DNA of 32,992 nucleotides from a virus (Duplodnaviria; Heunggongvirae; Uroviricota; Caudoviricetes): IMG/VR virus record IMGVR_UViG_2660238511_000008; one strand, 5' to 3'. Shown piece by piece: positions 8,694 to 18,885 of this stretch (position 1 is its first letter; each line of letters starts with the position of its first letter). The notes under the pieces were generated by a model. It saw only the letters and a program-made list of their open reading frames with translations, ran no database searches and was not told where the DNA came from. The position numbers and the translations under genes were made by a program.

Positions 8694-8789
8694 GATTGCG
8701 ACTCTTCAAAGAATCCATTACTGCGTTGATGAAAAAGGTTTACTACGAATGAAGGCAGCTATTTCGCTGGTTTCTTCATTGGAGTACAT

Positions 8790-9140
8790 ATGCCCCCACG
8801 AACCCCAAAAGCCTGCCGTGTTCGCGGCTGCTCCCATACCACCACTGACTCGTCAGGCTATTGCGAAAGCCACAAAAGCGAAGGCTGGAAGCAATACAAG
8901 CCAGGCCAGTCCCGTCATCAGCGCGGCTACGGTTCGAAGTGGGACTGTATCCGCGCGCGTGTCCTGAAGCGTGACAAAGGCCTGTGTCAGTTATGTCTGC
9001 GTGCTGGTGTGGTGCGTGAGGCGAAAACCGTTGACCACATCATCCCTAAAGCGCGTGGCGGCACTGATGCCGACAGTAATCTACAGAGCCTGTGTTGGCC
9101 GTGTCATAAGGCGAAGACGGCCCGTGAATGGCTGAAGTAA
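8790..9140 (+). CDS. HNH endonuclease (terminase-associated)
   Basis: 116 aa with Cys-rich N-terminus and HNH core ...DHIIPKARGGTDADSNLQSLCWPCHKAKT...; sits immediately upstream of the terminase genes. Confidence 0.85.
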   Translation: MPPRTPKACRVRGCSHTTTDSSGYCESHKSEGWKQYKPGQSRHQRGYGSKWDCIRARVLKRDKGLCQLCLRAGVVREAKTVDHIIPKARGGTDADSNLQSLCWPCHKAKTAREWLK

Positions 9141-9159
9141 GAACCAGTTCCCACTGCCA

Positions 9160-9230
9160 GAGGGGAGGGGCGGGTCAAATCCCTGTGACCTGACGTCTTC
9201 CGGACTGCCCGCCCCATCGTTTTTTTATAC
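9160..9230. other. GC-rich inverted repeat plus T-run between HNH and terminase small subunit (candidate cos/packaging site or terminator)
   Basis: GGGGCGGG (9167-9174) and CCCGCCCC (9208-9215) followed by TTTTTTT; this position holds cos in HK97-like HNH-terminase arrangements. Confidence 0.3.
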
Positions 9231-9265
9231 CCGCGAAAAATGAAATTTAACCAGGAGTGCCGCAT

Positions 9266-9760
9266 ATGGCTGGAACGGCGGGGCGTTCCGGGCGTCGCCC
9301 CAAGCCAACGGCGCGCAAGGCGCTGGCCGGAAACCCCGGCAAGCGAGCCCTGAACAAAGATGAACCCGTTTTTACGCCCATCAAAGGTGTTGAGCCACCG
9401 GAGTGGTTCGCTGAAGAAGAGCTCCCTCTCGCCACGATCATGTGGCAACTGACAACCAAAGAACTCTGCGGTCAGGGCCTGCTGTGCGTGACTGACCTCG
9501 CAGTGCTTGAGCGGTGGTGCGTGGCCTATGAGTTCTGGCGACGTGCCGTGAAAAATATTGCCAGACAGGGCAACACCATCACCGGTGCAATGGGCGGCAT
9601 GGTCAAAAATCCGGAGCTGACCGCCAAAAAAGAACAGGAGTCCGAGATGAGCAGTACGGGGGCAATGCTCGGACTCGACCCCAGCAGCCGCCAGCGTCTG
9701 ATTGGCCTGGCGGGGCAGAAGAAAGCCACTAACCCGTTTCTGAAAATTATCGAATCATGA
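9266..9760 (+). CDS. Terminase small subunit
   Basis: ATG 9266 after [39 protein letters not shown]... resembles phage small terminase N-termini; stop overlaps TerL start (ATGA). Confidence 0.75.
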   Translation: MAGTAGRSGRRPKPTARKALAGNPGKRALNKDEPVFTPIKGVEPPEWFAEEELPLATIMWQLTTKELCGQGLLCVTDLAVLERWCVAYEFWRRAVKNIARQGNTITGAMGGMVKNPELTAKKEQESEMSSTGAMLGLDPSSRQRLIGLAGQKKATNPFLKIIES

Positions 9761-11490
9761 GCCGGAAATCTTACCCCAACGTAAATGCTGCAAATCAGTA
9801 TGCCCGGGATGTCGTGCGCGGAAAGATTGTTGCCTGCCAGTTTGTGATTCAGGCCTGCCAGCGCCATCTTGATGACCTGATGGCGGAAAAAAGTAAGTCG
9901 TTTCGTTACCGCTTCGACAAGGACCTGGCTGAACGGGCCGCGAAATTTATTCAGCTGTTGCCGCACACCAAGGGGGAGTGGGCATTCAAACGGATGCCCA
10001 TCACGCTGGAGCCGTGGCAGCTATTTGTGATCTGCTGTGCGTTTGGCTGGGTCAATAAAGGCACCCGGTTGCGCCGCTTCCGGGAGGTGTACACCGAAAT
10101 CCCCCGTAAGAACGGCAAATCAGCAATCTCTGCCGGTGTTGCCCTGTATTGTTTTGCCTGTGATAACGAGTTTGGCGCGGAAGTGTATTCCGGTGCCACG
10201 ACAGAGAAACAGGCGTGGGAAGTCTTTCGCCCGGCGCGACTGATGTGTAAACGCACACCCATGCTGACGGAAGCGTTCGGGATTGAGGTTAACGCCTCAA
10301 ACATGAACCGTCCGGAGGATGGCGCGCGGTTTGAACCGCTGATCGGCAACCCAGGTGATGGTTCATCACCCCACTGTGCCGTGGTTGATGAATATCACGA
10401 GCATGCCACCGATGCGCTTTATACCACAATGCTTACCGGGATGGGGGCGCGACGTCAGCCACTGATGTGGGCCATCACCACCGCCGGGTACAACATTGAG
10501 GGGCCGTGCTACGACAAACGGCGGGAAGTCATCGAGATGCTCAACGGCTCGGTGCCTAACGATGAACTGTTCGGGATCATCTATACCGTTGATGAAGGTG
10601 ACGACTGGACCGACCCGCAGGTGCTGGAAAAAGCCAATCCAAATATTGGCGTGTCGGTTTATCGCGAATTTTTGTTAAGTCAGCAGCAGCGTGCGAAAAA
10701 TAACGCCCGTCTGGCAAACGTCTTTAAAACAAAACACCTCAATATCTGGGTGTCGGCGCGTTCGGCGTATTTCAACCTGGTGAGCTGGCAGAGCTGCGAG
10801 GATAAATCACTGACTCTTGAGCAGTTCGAGGGGCAGCCGTGCATTCTGGCCTTTGACCTGGCGCGTAAGCTGGATATGAACAGCATGGCGCGACTTTATA
10901 CCCGCGAGATTGACGGTAAAACGCATTACTACAGTGTGGCCCCGCGTTTCTGGGTACCGTATGACACGGTGTATAGCGTCGAGAAAAATGAAGATCGCCG
11001 GACAGCCGAACGCTTTCAGAAATGGGTGGAAATGGGCGTTCTGACCGTTACCGATGGTGCAGAGGTGGATTATCGCTACATCCTCGAAGAGGCCAAAGCG
11101 GCGAACAAAATCAGCCCGGTCAGTGAGTCACCCATCGACCCTTTCGGAGCGACCGGGCTGTCACATGACCTTGCTGATGAAGACCTGAATCCCGTTACTA
11201 TCGTCCAGAACTTCGCCAATATGTCCGACCCGATGAAAGAGCTGGAGGCAGCGATTGAATCGGGACGCTTTCATCATGACGGCAATCCCATCATGACCTG
11301 GTGTATCGGCAATGTGGTCGGCAAAAACATGCCAGGTAACGATGATTTAGTGAAGCCCGTCAAAGAGCAGGCGGAAAACAAAATCGATGGTGCAGTTGCG
11401 CTGATTATGGCGGTTGGCAGAGCCATGCTGTACGAGAAAGAAGACACGCTGTCTGACCACATTGAGTCCTATGGGATCCGCTCGCTTTAA
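9757..11490 (+). CDS. Terminase large subunit
   Basis: 577 aa; ATPase/nuclease-sized protein following TerS; ...[18 protein letters not shown]... nuclease-region-like. Confidence 0.9.
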
Positions 11491-11501
11491 CTGAGGTAAT
11501 T

Positions 11502-11684
11502 ATGATCATGCTGATTCTCGCGCCTCTGGTGGGCGTGCTGGGGGCGCTTTTGCTGGCGTATGGTGCCTGGCTGATTTATCCCCCGGCGGGGTTTGTTGTT
11601 GCCGGGGCGTTGTGTCTGTTCTGGTCGTGGCTGGTGGCGCGATATCTCGACCGTACACAGTCGTCTGTCGGCGGAGGTAAATAG
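11502..11684 (+). CDS. Small hydrophobic protein (60 aa, 2 predicted TM) between terminase and portal
   Basis: [49 protein letters not shown]...; GAGG Shine-Dalgarno before ATG. Confidence 0.35.
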
Positions 11685-12925
11685 TGTTCTTTTCGGGATT
11701 ATTTCAACGAAAAAGTGACGCACCGGTGACCACGCCAGCAGAGCTGGCGGATGCTATCGGGTTGTCCTACGACACCTATACCGGAAAGCAGATCAGCAGC
11801 CAGCGGGCCATGCGACTGACGGCGGTTTTTTCCTGTGTCAGGGTGCTGGCGGAGTCGGTCGGGATGTTGCCCTGCAACCTGTATCACCTGAACGGCAGTC
11901 TGAAGCAGAGAGCCGCTGGCGAACGTCTGCATAAGCTGATCTCCACGCATCCCAATGGCTATATGACGCCGCAGGAGTTCTGGGAGCTGGTGGTCACCTG
12001 TCTGTGCCTGCGGGGAAACTTTTACGCCTACAAAGTGAAAGCATTTGGCGAAGTGGCTGAACTGCTGCCCGTCGATCCCGGCTGTGTGGTACCGAAGCTT
12101 AACAGTAGCTGGGAGCCGGTCTATCAGGTCACATTCCCGGATGGCTCCACGGATGTACTGAGCCAGGAGGATATCTGGCATGTGCGCACGCTGACGCTGG
12201 ACGGACTGGTGGGGCTGAATCCCATCGCCTATGCCCGCGAGGCAATATCGCTGGCGGCAGCGACCGAAGAGCACGGGGCCAGACTGTTCAGCAATGGCGC
12301 GGTGACGTCGGGTGTGTTGCGTACAGAGCAGACGCTGTCAGATCAGGCTTATGAGCGCCTGAAGAAAGATTTTGAGGAGCGTCACACCGGGCTTGGCAAT
12401 GCTCACCGCCCGATGATCCTTGAGATGGGGCTGGACTGGAAGTCGATGGCGCTGAACGCCGAGGACAGCCAGTTCCTGGAAACCCGCAAGTTTCAGCTTG
12501 AAGAAATCTGTCGTCTGTTCCGGGTGCCGTTGCACATGGTGCAGAACACCGATCGCGCCACCTTCAACAATATCGAAGAGCTGGGGCTGGGATTTATCAA
12601 CTATTCACTGGTGCCGTATCTGACCCGCATCGAACAGCGGATCAACACCGGACTGGTACGAAAAAGTAAGCAGGGCGTTTATTACGCCAAATTTAACGCC
12701 GGGGCGTTACTGCGCGGGGATATGAAGTCCCGTTTTGAAGCCTACGCCACCGGGATCAACTGGGGAATTTACTCTCCCAATGACTGCCGCGACCTGGAAG
12801 ATATGAATCCGCGTCCCGGTGGTGATGTCTATCTCACACCGATGAACATGACCACGAAACCCTCCGATGGCAGTAAAGCCGGTAAGCAGAAGGATAACGC
12901 CAATGCAGACGAAACAACGTCTTGA
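11684..12925 (+). CDS. Portal protein (HK97 family)
   Basis: 413 aa; GTG start after GGAGG; position between terminase and prohead protease. Confidence 0.9.
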   Translation: MFFSGLFQRKSDAPVTTPAELADAIGLSYDTYTGKQISSQRAMRLTAVFSCVRVLAESVGMLPCNLYHLNGSLKQRAAGERLHKLISTHPNGYMTPQEFWELVVTCLCLRGNFYAYKVKAFGEVAELLPVDPGCVVPKLNSSWEPVYQVTFPDGSTDVLSQEDIWHVRTLTLDGLVGLNPIAYAREAISLAAATEEHGARLFSNGAVTSGVLRTEQTLSDQAYERLKKDFEERHTGLGNAHRPMILEMGLDWKSMALNAEDSQFLETRKFQLEEICRLFRVPLHMVQNTDRATFNNIEELGLGFINYSLVPYLTRIEQRINTGLVRKSKQGVYYAKFNAGALLRGDMKSRFEAYATGINWGIYSPNDCRDLEDMNPRPGGDVYLTPMNMTTKPSDGSKAGKQKDNANADETTS

Positions 12926-13553
12926 TGTACCGCTGAGTCTGAAATCTGTCAGTGACTCCGGTGAGTTTGAAGGGTATGGCTCCGTCTTTGGGGTAAAGGA
13001 CAGCCACGATGATGTGGTGATGTCCGGGGCATTTGCTGCTTCCCTGCGGGCGTGGAGTGACAGAAAAGCGTTACCTGCGCTGCTCTGGCAGCACCGCATG
13101 GATGAACCCATCGGTGTTTACACCGAAATGAAGGAAGACGATGTCGGGCTTTACGTCAGGGGACGGTTGCTTATTGATGATGATCCCCTCGCAAAACGCG
13201 CACATGCACACATGAAGGCCGGTTCGTTAACCGGCCTTTCTATTGGGTACGTCCTGAAAGACTGGGAATACGACCGGAGCAAAGAAGCCTTTCTGCTGAA
13301 AGAAATCGACCTCTGGGAAGTCAGCCTGGTGACGTTCCCGTCTAACGACGAGGCGCGGATCAGCGACGTCAAGAACGCACTGGCCCGCGGGGAAATCCCC
13401 GAACAGAAAAAAATCGAAAGAGTCCTGCGTGATGTCGGACTCTCCCGTACCCAGGCCAAAGCATTCATGGCCGGGGGCTATGGCGCACTGTCCCTGCGCG
13501 ACGCTGAGGATGTGGGCTCTGCACTGAATGCACTGAAAAATCTGAACTTCTAA
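12903..13553 (+). CDS. Prohead protease (HK97 family)
   Basis: From ATG 12903 (MQTKQRLDVPL...); ...GYGSVFGVKDSHDDVVMSGAFAASL... is protease-like; overlaps portal 3' end. Confidence 0.85.
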   Translation: MQTKQRLDVPLSLKSVSDSGEFEGYGSVFGVKDSHDDVVMSGAFAASLRAWSDRKALPALLWQHRMDEPIGVYTEMKEDDVGLYVRGRLLIDDDPLAKRAHAHMKAGSLTGLSIGYVLKDWEYDRSKEAFLLKEIDLWEVSLVTFPSNDEARISDVKNALARGEIPEQKKIERVLRDVGLSRTQAKAFMAGGYGALSLRDAEDVGSALNALKNLNF

Positions 13554-13564
13554 TCAGGAGAAAT

Positions 13565-14773
13565 ATGATGGCGGTTGATATTAAAGATGTCGAACAGGTC
13601 GCGCAGGAGCTGCAGCAGAAGTTTGACGACTTCAAAGCAAAGAACGACAAGCGCGTGGATGCGATTGAGCAGGAAAAAGGCAAGCTTGCCGGGCAGGTGG
13701 AAACCCTGAACGGGAAACTCAGCGAGCTGGAAAACCTCAAAAGCGATCTTGAAAAAGAGCTGCTTGAGCTGAAACGTCCGGCAGGTGGTGCGCAAAATAA
13801 ACTGGCCACCGAGCATAAAGAAGCGTTTGTGGGCTTCCTGCGTAAAGGCCGTGAAGATGGTCTGCGCGATCTGGAGCGCAAGGCATTACAGGTGGGCACC
13901 GATGAAGACGGCGGCTATGCCGTGCCGGAAGCACTGGATCGCAACATTCTCACCCTGCTGAAAGATGAAGTGGTGATGCGCCAGGAAGCCACGGTGATCA
14001 CCGTTGGTGGTTCCGACTACAAAAAACTGGTGAATCTGGGCGGCACGGCTTCCGGATGGGTTGGCGAGACTGACGCGCGCTCCCAGACTGCCACCTCAAA
14101 ACTGGGCCTGATTGAACCTTTCATGGGGGAAATCTACGGTAACCCGCAGGCCACCCAGAAAATGCTGGATGATGCCTTTTTCAACGTGGAAGCATGGATC
14201 AACAGCGAGCTGGCAACCGAATTTGCCGAACAGGAAGAAATTGCCTTTACCACCGGCGATGGTACCAAGAAGCCGAAAGGGTTCCTGGCGTATGAATCCA
14301 CGGATGAAACCGATAAGGTCCGGGCGTTCGGCAAACTTCAGCATATTGTATCCGGCGACGCGACGGCGGTGACCGCAGACGCCATTATCAAACTGATTTA
14401 CACGCTGCGTAAGGCACACCGCACAGGCGCGAAGTTCATGATGAACAACAATAGCCTGTTTGCCATCCGTCTGCTGAAAGACAGCGAGGGTAACTATCTG
14501 TGGCGTCCGGGGCTGGAGCTGGGGCAGCCGTCCTCTCTGGCGGGTTACGGTATCGCTGAAAACGAACAGATGCCGGATATCGCCGCTGATGCGAAAGCCA
14601 TTGCATTTGGTAACTTCAAACGGGGTTACACCATCGTTGACCGTATCGGCACCCGCATTCTGCGTGACCCGTACACCAATAAACCGTTTGTCGGTTTTTA
14701 TACCACCAAACGCACCGGCGGCATGCTGGTCGATTCGCAGGCCATCAAACTGCTGAAGATTGCAGTGGCGTAA
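13565..14773 (+). CDS. Major capsid protein (HK97 fold)
   Basis: 402 aa; coiled-coil scaffold-like N-terminal delta domain followed by capsid domain; immediately after protease. Confidence 0.9.
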   Translation: MMAVDIKDVEQVAQELQQKFDDFKAKNDKRVDAIEQEKGKLAGQVETLNGKLSELENLKSDLEKELLELKRPAGGAQNKLATEHKEAFVGFLRKGREDGLRDLERKALQVGTDEDGGYAVPEALDRNILTLLKDEVVMRQEATVITVGGSDYKKLVNLGGTASGWVGETDARSQTATSKLGLIEPFMGEIYGNPQATQKMLDDAFFNVEAWINSELATEFAEQEEIAFTTGDGTKKPKGFLAYESTDETDKVRAFGKLQHIVSGDATAVTADAIIKLIYTLRKAHRTGAKFMMNNNSLFAIRLLKDSEGNYLWRPGLELGQPSSLAGYGIAENEQMPDIAADAKAIAFGNFKRGYTIVDRIGTRILRDPYTNKPFVGFYTTKRTGGMLVDSQAIKLLKIAVA

Positions 14774-14821
14774 TCACTCAGGGGCGCGGAACCGCGCCCC
14801 TGTTCTGACGGGTGAAGAATC

Positions 14822-15022
14822 ATGATCCTGAAACAAGATCTGAAATGGTCACCGGACGGTATGCGTGTTGAGGTCATTCGGGCCGGTGAGTATGACGACG
14901 GGGCGCTTCCTGCCCGGGTGCAGGAGATTGCACTTCAGGCCGGGTTAGCAGAGCGCGGAACCAGTGCAAAAAGCAGTAAAGCGACAAAAGAGAAAAAAGC
15001 CACGACCAGTAAAGAGGGCTGA
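14822..15022 (+). CDS. Hypothetical small protein (66 aa) between capsid and connector
   Basis: ORF in the head module; weak Shine-Dalgarno. Confidence 0.35.
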   Translation: MILKQDLKWSPDGMRVEVIRAGEYDDGALPARVQEIALQAGLAERGTSAKSSKATKEKKATTSKEG

Positions 15023-15024
15023 GT

Positions 15025-15348
15025 ATGCTTCTGACAATGGAAGAGATTAAAGCCCAACTCCGGCTGGATGAGGATTTCGATGTTGATGACCGCCATCTGC
15101 AACTGCTGGCCTGTGCGGCACAAAAGCGGACGGAAACGTATCTGAACCGGAAGCTCTATGCACCGGATGAAACCATTCCGGACAGCGATCCGGACGGGCT
15201 GCACCTGCCGGATGATATTCGTCTGGGGATGCTGATGCTTATCAGCCATTTTTACGAAAACCGCTCGTCGGTTACGGAAGTGGAGAAACTCGACATGCCG
15301 CAGAGTTTTGGCTGGCTTGTCGGCCCGTACAGGTACTTTCCGCAATGA
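15025..15348 (+). CDS. Head-tail connector / DNA-packaging protein (gp6-like)
   Basis: 107 aa; MLLTMEEIKAQLRLDEDFDVDDRHLQLL... typical of head-tail adaptor family. Confidence 0.7.
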   Translation: MLLTMEEIKAQLRLDEDFDVDDRHLQLLACAAQKRTETYLNRKLYAPDETIPDSDPDGLHLPDDIRLGMLMLISHFYENRSSVTEVEKLDMPQSFGWLVGPYRYFPQ

Positions 15349-15755
15349 AAATTCGTCAGGCGCAGACCAGCGCAACCTACATTCTGCCGGACCCCGGTGA
15401 ACTGAATAAACGCGTCCTGATCCGCCAGCGGGTGGATATGCCCGCGGATAACTTTGGCGTGGAGCCTCAATACCCGGTTACGTTCCGGACATGGGCGAAG
15501 GTTATCCAGACCAGTGCCACCACCTGGCAGGAAACCGCGCAGACCGGGGACGCCATCACCCATTACATCACCATTCGCTACCGCCGGGGGATCACTGCTG
15601 ATTATGAGGTGGTCTGTGATGACCGTGTGTACCGGGTGAAACGTCAGCGTGATCTGAACGGGGCGCGGCGCTTTCTGCTGCTGGAGTGTACGGAACTGGG
15701 TGCCGAAGAACAAATGGGAGGACGCAGTGGATCAGACAGCATTTTTACACGTTGA
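15345..15755 (+). CDS. Head closure / head-tail joining protein
   Basis: 136 aa; overlaps connector by 4 nt; position and size. Confidence 0.7.
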   Translation: MKIRQAQTSATYILPDPGELNKRVLIRQRVDMPADNFGVEPQYPVTFRTWAKVIQTSATTWQETAQTGDAITHYITIRYRRGITADYEVVCDDRVYRVKRQRDLNGARRFLLLECTELGAEEQMGGRSGSDSIFTR

Positions 15756-16251
15756 TTTCAAACAACCGGAGGAGATGGAGTTTAACCGTGCCAGGCTCCG
15801 AAGGGCATTTGTTCAAATCGGGCGTGTCTATATGCGTGATGCCCGGCGGCTGGTGATGTGACGTGGTCGGTCTGCTCCAGGTGAAAACCCCGGCTATCAG
15901 ACCGGACGACTTGCGCGTTCTATAGGTTATTACGTCCCCCGTAAAAGCTCCCGTCGTTCTGGCCTGATGGTCAGGATTTCCCCTAACCAGAAAAACGGGC
16001 AGGGTAACCGGCGTTTTCCTGAAGGTTCTGCGTATTATCCGGCGTTTCTGTATTACGGTGTGCGTCATGCCGCATACGGGATGAGCAAAAAGGATAAGCG
16101 CCAGAAAAAGCAGCATTCATCCCGCTGGCGGCTGGCACCACGTAATAACTTTATGGCTGATGTCATCGACCAGCGTCGTTACTGGACACAAAAGTTACTG
16201 TCCCGTGAGTTACAGCGGTCATTACGTCCTGTAAGAAGGAAAAAAACATGA
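15727..16251 (+). pseudogene. Tail-completion protein (HK97 gp10-like) interrupted by in-frame TGA at 15859-15861
   Basis: GTG 15727 after GGGAG; N-terminal 44 codons, then TGA, then same-frame continuation RGRSAPGENPGYQTGRLARSIGYYV... with no start codon or Shine-Dalgarno before Met 15967. Confidence 0.55.
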
Positions 16252-16808
16252 AACTGACTCCTGTTATTGCTGCGCTGCGTGCCCGCTGTCTGTATTTTGA
16301 AAACCGGGTGGCAGGCGCGGCCCAGTTCAAAAATCTGCCGGAGGTCGGAAAGTTGAAACTCCCGGCGGCATATGTGGTACCGGGTGATGACTCTCCGGGA
16401 GAAAACAAAAGTCAGACCGACTACTGGCAGGAGCTGAAAGAGGGCTTCTCCGTGGTTGTCATACTGAGTAACGGGCGTGATGAGCGCGGTCAGTTTGCCT
16501 CGTATGATGTGGTGGACGATGTCCGGCAGATGCTCTTTAAGGCTCTGCTGGGCTGGAACCCGGAAGCGTGCGGTAACCCGATTACCTATGACGGCGGCAC
16601 GCTGCTGGATCTGAATCGTCATGAGCTGATTTATCAGTTCGATTTTTCGGTCATCAGCGAGCTGACCGAAGACGATACCCGCCAGCAGGATGACCTGAAC
16701 AGTCTGGATGAACTGCGAACGCTGGCGATTGATGTTGATTATCTCGATCCCGGTAACGGGCCTGACGGCGATATCGAACATCACACCGAAATACCCCTTC
16801 CTTCCTGA
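16248..16808 (+). CDS. Tail terminator-like protein (Gp37-type)
   Basis: 186 aa between head-completion genes and tail sheath; overlaps upstream stop. Confidence 0.55.
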   Translation: MKLTPVIAALRARCLYFENRVAGAAQFKNLPEVGKLKLPAAYVVPGDDSPGENKSQTDYWQELKEGFSVVVILSNGRDERGQFASYDVVDDVRQMLFKALLGWNPEACGNPITYDGGTLLDLNRHELIYQFDFSVISELTEDDTRQQDDLNSLDELRTLAIDVDYLDPGNGPDGDIEHHTEIPLPS

Positions 16809-16816
16809 GGATCATC

Positions 16817-16987
16817 ATGTTTGTCAAACCTGTTAAAGGGCGGTCAGTTCCTGACCCTGCCCGCGGCGACCTTTTGCCCGCCGAAGGGCGAAATGTTGAC
16901 GAGAACAACTACTGGCTGCGCCGTGAAGCAGCGGGTGATATCCGGCGCGTGAATAAAAAGGTGAACACCGATGACGATAAGCTTTAA
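16817..16987 (+). CDS. Small protein (56 aa) upstream of tail sheath
   Basis: ATG 16817 after GAGG; MFVKPVKGRSVPDPARGDLLPAEGRNVDENNYWLRREAAGDIRRVNKKVNTDDDKL; overlaps sheath start; below the 60-aa cutoff of the ORF track. Confidence 0.4.
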   Translation: MFVKPVKGRSVPDPARGDLLPAEGRNVDENNYWLRREAAGDIRRVNKKVNTDDDKL

Positions 16988-18529
16988 CACCATTCCGTCG
17001 AATACGCTGGTTCCGCTGTTTTATGCGGAAATGGATAACCAGGCTGCGAATACTGCACAGGACAGCGGAGCATCGCTGCTGATTGGTCATGCCAATAACG
17101 GTGCAGAGATTGTTGCCAACAGTCTGGTGCTGATGCCGTCGGCAGACTATGCACGCCAGATTTGTGGTACGGGAAGTCAGCTGGCGCGTATGGTCGAGGC
17201 TTATCGCCAGACCGACCCGTTTGGTGAGCTGTATGTGATTGCCGTTCCGGAAGCCACAGGCGCGGCGGCAACGGTTACGCTGACGGGGACCGGGGGAGGA
17301 ACCNNNNNNNNNNNNNNNNNNNNNNNNNNNNNNNNNNNNNNNNNNNNNNNNNNNNNNNNNNNNNNNAAAGCGGCACGGTGAATGTCTATGTGGGACGTAC
17401 CCGCGTGCAGGCTCCGGTGACCAACGGCGATAACGTCACGACGATTGCCAGCAGTATCAAAGATGCCATCAATGCCGTTCCGGCCCTGCCGTTTACGGCT
17501 TCATCTTCGGCAGGCGTGGTCACACTGACCGCGCGTCATAAGGGGCTTTGCGGGAATGAAATTCCTGTCAGCCTCAATTACTACGGCTTTGGTGGGGGCG
17601 AAGTGCTGCCAGCGGGCGTACAGATTGCCGTGGCGACGGGTACCGCCGGAACGGGTGCTCCGGTTCTCACCGGCGCGGTGGCTGCAATGGCGGATGAGCC
17701 GTTTGATTATATCGGCCTGCCGTTCAACGACACGGCCTCCGTTAACACGCTGGTGACCGAGATGAACGATACCAGCGGTCGCTGGAGCTATGCGCGTCAG
17801 CTGTATGGTCATGTGTATACGGCAAAGATCGGCACGCTGTCAGAACTGGTGACCGCAGGTGACCAGTTTAACCAGCAGCACATTACCCTGGCGGGGTACG
17901 AAAAAGACACCCAGACGCCTGCCGATGAGCTGGCGGCAAGCCGTACCGCCCGCGCAGCGGTGTTTATTCGCAACGATCCGGCACGTCCCACGCAGACCGG
18001 TGAGCTGGTGGGTATGCTGCCTGCGCCGAAGGGGAAACGGTTCACGATGACCGAACAACAGACCCTGCTGTCTCATGGCGTGGCAACGGCGTATGTCGAA
18101 AGCGGGGTACTGCGCATTCAGCGTGATGTCACCACGTACAGGAAAAACGCTTACGGGGTTGCGGATAACAGCTACCTCGACAGCGAGACGCTGCATACCA
18201 GCGCGTATGTACTGCGCAAACTGAAATCCGTCATTACCAGTAAGTACGGGCGTCACAAGCTTGCCAGTGACGGTACCCGCTTTGGTCCCGGTCAGGCGAT
18301 TGTCACCCCGGCGGTGATCAAAGGGGAACTGCTGGCAACCTACCGTCAGCTTGAGCGAGCGGGGATCGTGGAAAACTACGAACTGTTTAAGCAGTACCTG
18401 GTTTTGGAGCGTGATGCCAGCGATCCGAACCGCCTGAACACGCTGTTCCCGCCTGACTATGTTAACCAGTTGCGTGTCTTTGCCGTGGTTAACCAGTTCC
18501 GTCTTCAGTATTCAGAGGAGTCTGCATAA
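16971..18529 (+). CDS. Tail sheath protein (Mu-type; interrupted by N-run 17304-17366)
   Basis: MTISFNTIPSNTLVPLFYAEMDNQAANT... and a 383-aa post-gap continuation; followed by the tail tube gene. Confidence 0.9.
17304..17366. other. N-run (sequence gap/masked, 63 nt) inside tail sheath gene
   Basis: Run of n characters; preceded by a G-rich stretch. Confidence 0.95.
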
Positions 18530-18885
18530 TGGCCCGTATCGGGGGAACCTGTTATTTCAAAATTGACGGTCAGCAGCTATCGCTGACCGGCGGCATTGAG
18601 GTGCCCATGAACAGGACGGTCAATGATGACATCATCGGCCTGGACGGTTCAGTGGACCGCAAGGAAACTCACCGTGCGCCTTATGTCAAAGGGACCTTCA
18701 AGGTGCCGAAGAATTTTCCGGTGAGCAAAATCACCTCGTCTGATGAGATGACCATCACTGCCGAGCTGGCGAACGGTCAGGTCTATGTATTGTCGTCTGC
18801 CTGGCTGCACGGCGAAGCGAACCATAATGCCGAAGAAGGCACGGTTGATCTTGAGTTCCACGGTGAAGAAGGGGATTACCAGTGA
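18529..18885 (+). CDS. Tail tube protein (Mu-type)
   Basis: 118 aa; start overlaps sheath stop (TAATG). Confidence 0.85.
   Translation: MARIGGTCYFKIDGQQLSLTGGIEVPMNRTVNDDIIGLDGSVDRKETHRAPYVKGTFKVPKNFPVSKITSSDEMTITAELANGQVYVLSSAWLHGEANHNAEEGTVDLEFHGEEGDYQ

Noticed and set aside
8692..8967. 91-aa plus-strand ORF (TTG start) overlapping the HNH endonuclease
   Set aside because: Out of frame with the clearly conserved HNH gene, which has a proper ATG and Shine-Dalgarno at 8790.
11699..12274. 191-aa minus-strand ORF inside the portal gene
   Set aside because: Antisense to a conserved structural gene; no start context.
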